From: the human T2T-CHM13v2.0 reference genome, Homo sapiens | Assembly (NCBI RefSeq): GCF_009914755.1 | Contig: NC_060938.1 | Strand: one strand, 5' to 3' | DNA length: 64,000 bases | Part shown: piece by piece, positions 56,260-64,000 of the stretch | Numbering within the stretch: the first letter of the stretch is position 1 | How the letters are laid out: the number at the start of each line of letters is the position of its first letter | Translations under genes and position numbers: made by a program | The notes under the pieces: generated by a model | Told to the model about the DNA's origin: nothing | Seen by the model: the letters and a program-made list of their open reading frames with translations, nothing else | Database searches by the model: none

Positions 56260-56965
56260 CCACCAGCACTGCTAATGCTCTGGTTTGTGGCTGAGATTAT
56301 GGAAATAACCTCCTAAAAACTCCCCAGGCCACTCCTCTTACCTCTTCACAATATATCTGCCACATGTGAGCCCAAGAGATCCCTTCAATTTGTTAAGTTA
56401 CGTTCCATCACTCCTCTGCTCAACAACCTCAAATTGTTCTCATTAGTGAAAGCCAAAGTTCTTACAGTTTATAAAGTTCTCTCTGTTCTCCTTCTCCCAC
56501 TCTCTACTGTTCTGACCTTGTCTATTTTCACCTTCCCTGTGTTCATTTCTCTCCAGCCACAGGTGACTCCTCCCTATTTTCCAAACATGTTAGGCATACA
56601 TCCTTCTTGGGGCCTTTGCACCTGTTGCTCCATCTCCTGGCAGGCTGTTTTTCAGAAGGTCATACCTGGATCCCCACACCTCTCCAAGACTTTGGTAAAG
56701 TGTAAGCTTTTCAGAGAGGACTTCAGAGCTTGCTCTGTAAAGTGGCAGTCCTTGTGGGCACTGGAAATCTTTCTCCAATTATAATTTTCTGTATAGCTCA
56801 TATGGAAGGTGAGGCACATGTGTTGGCATTTATTTATAGATTTTGTTTATCCTCTATCTCCTGATGCTTGAACACAGACTTTGCCTGTTTTATTCACTTT
56901 TTCATAGCACCTAATAGCATCTGTCATATAATATCCTCTCAATATATATTTGTGGAAGGAATGAT
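56260..56965 (+). mobile_element. L2a-like LINE 3' region
   Basis: catcactcctctgctcaa, gggcctttgcac..tgctcc, and terminal ctcaata..tatttgtggaaggaatga motifs. Confidence 0.75.
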
Positions 56966-57071
56966 TCATAGGGATGAGCCCTCCCTTCAATACACAGATA
57001 TGCCAACAATTACAATTACTATTATATTTCTTAGGTGTATAGAAATATATACATATATTTTGGGTATATAC

Positions 57072-57507
57072 ATATTTATATATATTTTATAAATATATAT
57101 ATATATTTATATATATTTTATAAATATATATATTTATATATATTTTATAAATATATATATATTTATATATATTTTATAAATATATATATTTATATATATT
57201 TTATAAATATATATATTTATATATATTTATAAATATATATATATTTATATATATTTATAAATATATATATATTTATATATATTTATAAATATATATATAT
57301 TTATATATATTTATAAATATATATATATTTATATATATTTATAAATATATATATATTTATATATATTTATAAATATATATATATTTATATATATTTATAA
57401 ATATATATATATTTATATATATTTATAAATATATATATATTTATATATATTTTATAAATATATATATATTTATATATATTTTATAAATATATATATATAT
57501 TTATATA
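57072..57507. repeat. Pure A/T minisatellite, ~28-bp unit TTTATAAATATATATATATTTATATATA
   Basis: No C or G between C57071 and C57508; AAA recurs every 28 bp in the core. Confidence 0.96.
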
Positions 57508-57683
57508 CACCTAAAAGGTATATACCCTAAAGGATATACCATAAAATAAATCAAGATATATATATATATATATACCCTAAAATAAATCATTCTGTATATA
57601 TTTCTTATATATAGCATATACATATCTTGATTTCTTAAATATATTACATATATATAGAGATAGATGATAGATTTATTTTAGGG

Positions 57684-57903
57684 TATAAATATATATATAT
57701 TCCCATAAACATATATTTATATATATAAATATATATATTCCCATAAACATATATTTTTATATATAAATATATATATTCCCATAAACATATATTTTTATAT
57801 ATAAATATATATATTCCCATAAATATATATTTATATATAAATATATATATTCCCATAAACATATATTTATATATATAAATATATATATTCCCATAAACAT
57901 ATG
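57684..57903. repeat. AT-rich 38-bp minisatellite, ~6 copies
   Basis: The CCC of TTCCCATAAA starts at 57702, 57740, 57778, 57816, 57852 and 57890. Confidence 0.95.
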
Positions 57904-57959
57904 TGCATTTTTGTGTATATATATATATATATCTCCCATATGTTTATGTATATATGTTA

Positions 57960-59121
57960 ATTATGCTTATTATAACAGGAAAAAAAAGGTAACAGAAAGA
58001 ATAAAATGAAAAAAAAGAAAAGAGAAGTATCACTGGTAGAGATACCAAAATACTTCAAAGGAAAAAAGTTTCAAAGGATATTTCAAAAATAATTTAAAAT
58101 ATTCTAAAGAATTACCAAAGAAAAGTCACTGTTTTTATAAGTGCTGAGTCACTGGTCACATGTAAGAGAAAATTTTTAATTTTGAGGAGATTGGAAAGAA
58201 CACAAGAAAGGGTTTAAAAGTTAAATGGACCCAGGGAAGAAAGACAGGACTTCTTGAAGAAATAGATGATTCCAGGTCCAAGACAGGAAATGTACCTGGT
58301 ACATCTTATCAGATCATAAATTAAGCATGTTATCAAAAAGTACTTGAGAGTCAATTTGAAGAAGACATCCTTGGCAAAAGAAGAGACAATTTGAACATTA
58401 ATAAGAACAATAAATGTTATGGAATGAAAGAAATGAAATATGATTATATACTCGAATTCATAATGACAACAAAATGAGAAAAAGAAATCATTCATCACTG
58501 GGAAATACTACAAAACATGCTCATTATTTTCAAACTGGTAATAAAAAAACAAGCATTTATATTGCTGTTTTGATACTATCTATACAATTGATAGACTAAA
58601 CATTAGATGAAGGGAGTTTTCTCCTTATAGATGTTTTTATCTGATAAAGAAGATATCATAAAATTAGAAATAATCATTTTGCAACTTTTGTATGAACTAT
58701 TAAATCTTGGCACTGATCATCAACTACTGTTAATATAAAAATGAGAGACAGTTGGGCATTGTGTGCTTCCTAACAGCAAAACCTTCAACTGAAGCAGTCT
58801 TGACAAAAGAAGAAACAAAATAGATTCTCATCAAGCCTCTATAAACAGCTACCAATTCACAGAGGAACATATTACTCTGCAGCAGAGGAATATAATCAAC
58901 AATATATAGAGCACAGAAAATGTACAAGGCAAACAACCCAGTATCTTCAATAAATAAACCACAAGAAAGACAGAAACTAGGCAGAGCTTATGAGAGAGAC
59001 TTAAGGAAACATCAAACAATTATATGTGTGGATTTCACATAGATTGATGAAAAAAAACTTATACTCATGAGACAATTAGATATTTGAATTTTGAGTGGTT
59101 ATTTGATATTAAGACATTATT
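57960..59121 (+). mobile_element. Old L1MC4/5-like 3'UTR (resumes ~61031-61120)
   Basis: gatgattccagg..caggaaa..catctt; atcaagcctcta..ctaccaatt.acag; ttgatattaag..attatt motifs. Confidence 0.6.
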
Positions 59122-59122
59122 T

Positions 59123-61022
59123 TTGACTTCAGTAAAGTTTCAGGATACAAAATCAATGTATAAAAATCAGTAGTATTTCTACACACTAATAATGTTCAAG
59201 CTGAGAGCCAAATCAACAACACATCCTATTTAAAATAGCAACAAAAATATAATAAAATAAAATACCCAAGGGAACATCTAACTCAGGAGGTGAAAGAACT
59301 CTACAAAGAGAACTACAAAACACCACTAAAAGAAATCATAGATGACATGAACAGATGTAAAAACATTCCATGTTCATGGACTGGAGGAGTCAATATCATA
59401 AAAATGACCATACTGCCCAAAGCAACCTACGGATTCAATGCTATTTCTATCAAACTACCAATATTATTTTTCAAAGAATTATAAAACCCTTTCTAAAATT
59501 CACATTGAACCAATAAAGAGCCTAAATAGCCAAAGCAATCCCAAACAAAAAGAACAAAGCTGGAGGAATCACATCACCTGACTTCAAACTATACTACTAG
59601 GTTACTGTAACCAAGACAGCATGGTACACATACAAAATCAGTCAAACAGACCAATGGAACAGAAGAGAAAACTCAGAAATAAAGCTGCACATCTATAGCC
59701 ATCTCATCTTCAACAAAGTCGATAAAAATAAGCAATGGGGAAGGCACTCCCTAGTCAATAAATGATGCTGTGATAATTGGCTAGCCATATGCAGAAGAAT
59801 GAAAGTAGATCCCCTACCTGTTACCACATCCAAACATTACTCAAGATAGATTAAAGATTTAAATGTGAAACCTCAAACTATAACACTATTGAAAGATAAT
59901 CTTGGAAACTCTATATTAGACTTCAGCTTTAGGAAAGGATTTATGACTAAGTCCTCAGAAGCAATTGAACAAAACAAAAATTGACAAGTGAGACCTAATT
60001 AAATTAAAGAGCTTCCACACAGCCAACTAACTATTAATAAACAGACAATCTACAGATTTGGAGAAAATATTCACAAACTATGCATCCAACAAAGATCTAA
60101 TATCCAGAATGTATAAGTTCCTTAAACAACTCAACAAGCAAAAACCAAATCACCCCGTTAAAAAATGAGCAAAACCATGAACAGATACTTCTCAACAGAA
60201 GGTATACTAGCAGCCAACAATCATATGAAAAAATATTCAACATTACTAATCATAAGAAAAATGCAAATCAAAACCATAGTGAGATACCATCTCACACCAG
60301 TCAGAATGGCTATTAATAAAAAGTCAAAAGATAACAGATTCTGGCAAGGCTGTGGAGAAAAAGAAGAAGTTACACACTGTTGGTGGGAATGTAAATTAGT
60401 TTAGCCGCTGTGGAAAGCAGTTTGGAAATTTCTTAAATAAAAGAGAACTACCTTTCAACCTTGCAATCCTTTTATGCGGTATACATCCAAAAGGAAACAG
60501 ATTGTTCTACCAAAAAAAATTCACACTGTCATGTTCTTTGCAGCACCATTCACAGGAACAAAGATGTGAAATCAACCTAAGAGCCCATCAATGGTGGATT
60601 GGATAAAGGAAATGTGGTATATATATATACCATGGAATACTACACAGCCGTAAATAAGAACTAAATCATGTTCTTTGCAGCAACATGGATGCAGCTGGAG
60701 GCCATTATCCTATGTGAATTAACACAGGAACAGAAAACCAAATACCATGTTCTCACTTAGAAATGGGATCCAAACATCAGGTACTCGTGGACATAAAAAT
60801 GGCAACAATAGAAATTGGAGACTACTAGAGGTGGGGCGAGAGGAAGGGGCAAGGGTTGAAAAACTGTGGGGTATTACGCTCAGTACCTGGGTGATGGGAT
60901 CATTTGTACTTCAAATTTCAGCATTTTGCAATATACCCATGTAAGAAACCTGCACACGTATCCCTTGAATCTAAAATAAAACTTGAAACAAAATAAAATA
61001 AAAAATAAAAATAGAAAAAAAT
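59123..61022 (+). mobile_element. 5'-truncated L1PA16-like element (~1.9 kb)
   Basis: ORF2 3' half ([10 protein letters not shown]...), L1PA15/16-type 3'UTR (ggcaagggttgaaaaact; tgaatctaaaataaaa) and A-tail; probable TSD ACATTATT at 59114-59121 and 61023-61030. Confidence 0.92.
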
Positions 61023-62629
61023 ACATTATTGCTAATTTATCTTAGGTGTGATTAAAACAAATGTTTTCCCATTTTCTTGAAATTCTGGTCGAAATTATAT
61101 GATATCTGATATTTTCTTCACTATTCAGGTCCTCTACCTTCCCTCAAAATTCTTCTATAACAACTAACACTTTGAGTTTAGCTTGTGTTTGTCAGAAGCA
61201 GGGCCTGGGATGAAGTAGATGACTTGTTTGTAACTTATCTATTACAGAAGCGATCTTAGGGAGTCCCATAAGGGTGTGGAAGGAGAAAAGAGAGGGAAAG
61301 GCAAGATTAGTAAAAGTGCAAAACTCTTAAAAATAAGAAAACATATTTAATTACATTTGTAAGCTTTCTTCCTTTATCCAACTAGATTTCAACATCCTTG
61401 AGACAGCAAGAATAGATACCTACTCATTTATTATAATCATGGAATTTTGTTTATAGGAGATGCTCAGTAGTGTTTGTTAAGTGTGTGCATATATTTAATT
61501 GAAATTTTTGTTTAATTTGATAGTTCTTTTCCTTCAAAATATAGCTTGTCTTTTTTTACCCATGTAGCATTAGTATAGGAGAGGCCTTTATAATTTTCCA
61601 TTGAAATTACTGAAAAATTCACTTAACCTAATATCCTTAAAACTATATGACCCACAATTAATCTTCTTTCTTCATTGTCACTTTCAAACTAAAATAGATT
61701 TAGTAAAACCTCAAAGAGAATTCAAAACTCCTTAACTGGATATTTATACTCCTCTGAAATCAGGGAAGAAGTGTCATTTCCTACCTTCATTTCTCAGTAT
61801 TTCTGTATTGAAAGTACCTTTTCAATCAAACAAATTTATACACTATTTCTTGACTATACCTCAGTTTCTTCCACTTTTATTTGCTTCTTCAATGAAAATT
61901 AAATAAGAAAGTGTATAGCATGTGATGGGATTTTATCAACATTAAGATAGTTTAGGTTTAAAAGTTTTCTATTTCTATGCCTTCAAAATGTGAATTACAT
62001 GCTGAGTCTCTGCCTACTACCTACTGAGAGATTTTGTTGCTGTTGCAACTGTTCATCAAGCTATTGAGCAGAGTGAAAGAATATTGTGAAATTCATTGAA
62101 TGAACTTCTGTTATACATATGATAGTCAACCTCATGTGCATATTCTCAAGCGTTCAGAAATAGTTGTTTCTATTGGATTTCTCCCACTGTGTCATTTTAT
62201 TGGTCAGTTTCCACAAGCCCCACATACGCTTCCTCAACACCTCCATCTGTAGAGATGTTTATCGCGTGTTAAAAAGAACATCACTATTCACACACTGAGG
62301 TCTTCTACTTTCTCTCAAAATCTCTCTCTAGTAATTAACCCTTTGTGCTTAGTTTGTGTTTGCCAGAAGTGGAGCCTGAGATGAGCACTGTGTGCAAGTG
62401 ATTTACTGAGCAAGAACTCTCTGCAGAGACCCATAAGGGTGTGGAATGAAGGGAGTAAAGAAGCCAAGGGAGATAAAGTCTCAGCCTCAGCCAGTTTCTT
62501 CAGGGGAGCCTAGGAGTGGTACTTCAGAGAGTTTTTCAACTGGAGACATGGGAAACACTCAAAGAGTCTGAAAATAGGAGACCTGTGGGAATACTGAGGA
62601 GGCAGTCAGCTTGGTTGTCACAGAGATAG

Positions 62630-62820
62630 AGCGGGGTGAAGAGTACCACCTCTGAAGTCAGAGGCCTGAAGATTAAATTTTAAATCCTGGCTCCTCTGCC
62701 TTAGCATTCTGATCTGGAAAAGGGGAAAAAAATAGCACCCACCTCATAGAATTATAATAAGGATTAAGTGAAACAGTACATACAAATCATTTAGAACAAA
62801 TGTTAGGATTGATTGGTAAT
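62630..62820 (+). mobile_element. MIR SINE
   Basis: ctctgaagtcaga...aaatcctggctcc...aatagcacccacctcatag...aggattaagtga. Confidence 0.7.
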
Positions 62821-63284
62821 GGATGCATTAATTAATAGATGTCCTGAAGCACTAGATCTGTTGTTAAAGATCCACAAAAGTCAGGAATAAATATAGCTCT
62901 GAGCAGGTAAATGATGATTATAAAAGAGTCAGTAGGGATTCAAGCTATAAGGTGGGGATTGTCTTAGGTCATCTCCCCAGGCTGCTGACTCTGAGATGAT
63001 GATTTGCATGCATTGGGAAACGCTTATGGGAACAGCACCTAAGAAGTTGGAAAGAAGTAGAAATGGGATCTCTAGGAATACTTGGGAGGCAACACAGGGC
63101 CCCATTTTCAGGGAAAATGAACACAAAATTGGGACAGACTCAAAGTGCTGCTTGATCACGAGGGGGCTGAATCCCATGATTGATTGAATCAAAATGGTGT
63201 TTGATGTCAAGAACAAAACAAGATTCAAATGACTATAAGCAAAGTATGATATAACAGAGGAAACAAGAAGATTCATTTGATGAT

Positions 63285-63470
63285 ATATACTGTGAATCAT
63301 CTCATTTAATTCTCACAACAACCCTATACAAATGACTAATATTATCCTTTTTTTAGCGATGAAAAACCATATATGAAGTTTAAGTGATGTGTCCAAGTTA
63401 ACACATCTACTAAGTGGAACAGTTGTGACTAAACCCAGGTCTGTCTTACTCCTGGGCTTGAGTTCTTAAC
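63285..63470 (-). mobile_element. MIR SINE
   Basis: atctcatttaattctcacaacaaccctat...ttaagtgatgtgtccaag...aaacccaggtctgtct. Confidence 0.8.
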
Positions 63471-64000
63471 TTCAATGTCAAAATTTAGTTTTAAACCTTT
63501 GTCTACAAGAGAGTCATCATCAGGCACTTGACCATTAAAGCTCATGAGCATATGGCTTGTTGATGGAACATATCAAGTCTGAAGACTTCCTCCTGTCACC
63601 AAAAAAAGAAGTCACAATATGCTGAAGTTAGAATGTTGTTCCAAGCATTAAGTGTATTTATTAGTGGAAATACAGAACCAGTGCACAATCACCAAAAAGT
63701 TTTTGTCCTATCTGTGCCAAAACTCAGCATCCAATATAACTCACAGTTACAATGCTGAGTTTCATATGAAACTACTTTATATTGCTTTTCCTTTTTGGAA
63801 TCTACTTTCATCCTACTTACCTAGATTCCAAAAAGGAAAAACAACATGTAGCAGGGAGCTGATCAAATACATTAGTCTAAAGCATAAAAACAAAGAAGTA
63901 TGACTATAACAGGATTTGTTTTTTTTTCATTGTGATCACTATTAATGCGTCAGCAAGCATGAGACCATTTCCATTCAGCTACTGTATCAATGCCAATTCA

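Noticed and set aside
57684-57903. Regularly spaced repeats, superficially CRISPR-like
   Set aside because: No unique spacers, eukaryotic context and no cas genes; this is an ordinary minisatellite

Overview
AT-rich, CpG-poor primate (most likely human or great ape) genomic DNA, either intergenic or deep intronic. I find no credible protein-coding gene, RNA gene or CRISPR array. The ORFs in the track are short chance ORFs or lie inside Alu, L1, LTR or simple repeats. Much of the window is interspersed repeat: a near full-length old L1 (18.4-27.8 kb, minus strand) carrying three nested insertions, younger L1PA fragments, about 11 Alus, three solo THE1 LTRs, one MSTA LTR, a complete THE1 provirus, a MER52 ERV1 LTR, MLT1/MLT2 LTRs, Tigger3, MER44 and MER5 DNA transposon relics, and MIR/L2 fragments. 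I see no evidence of a new biological system. The most notable signals are structural: several locally templated duplications (a 451-bp ungapped copy 7.3 kb from its donor, a ~97-bp inverted copy, an old ~180-bp duplication), a THE1 provirus with discordant LTRs inside one TSD, a twin-primed inverted L1, a double-tailed Alu, a 436-bp pure-A/T palindromic minisatellite and a tandem CACGTG-N6-CACGTG E-box pair. Repeat subfamily names come from my recall of consensus sequences and were not checked with RepeatMasker or Dfam.
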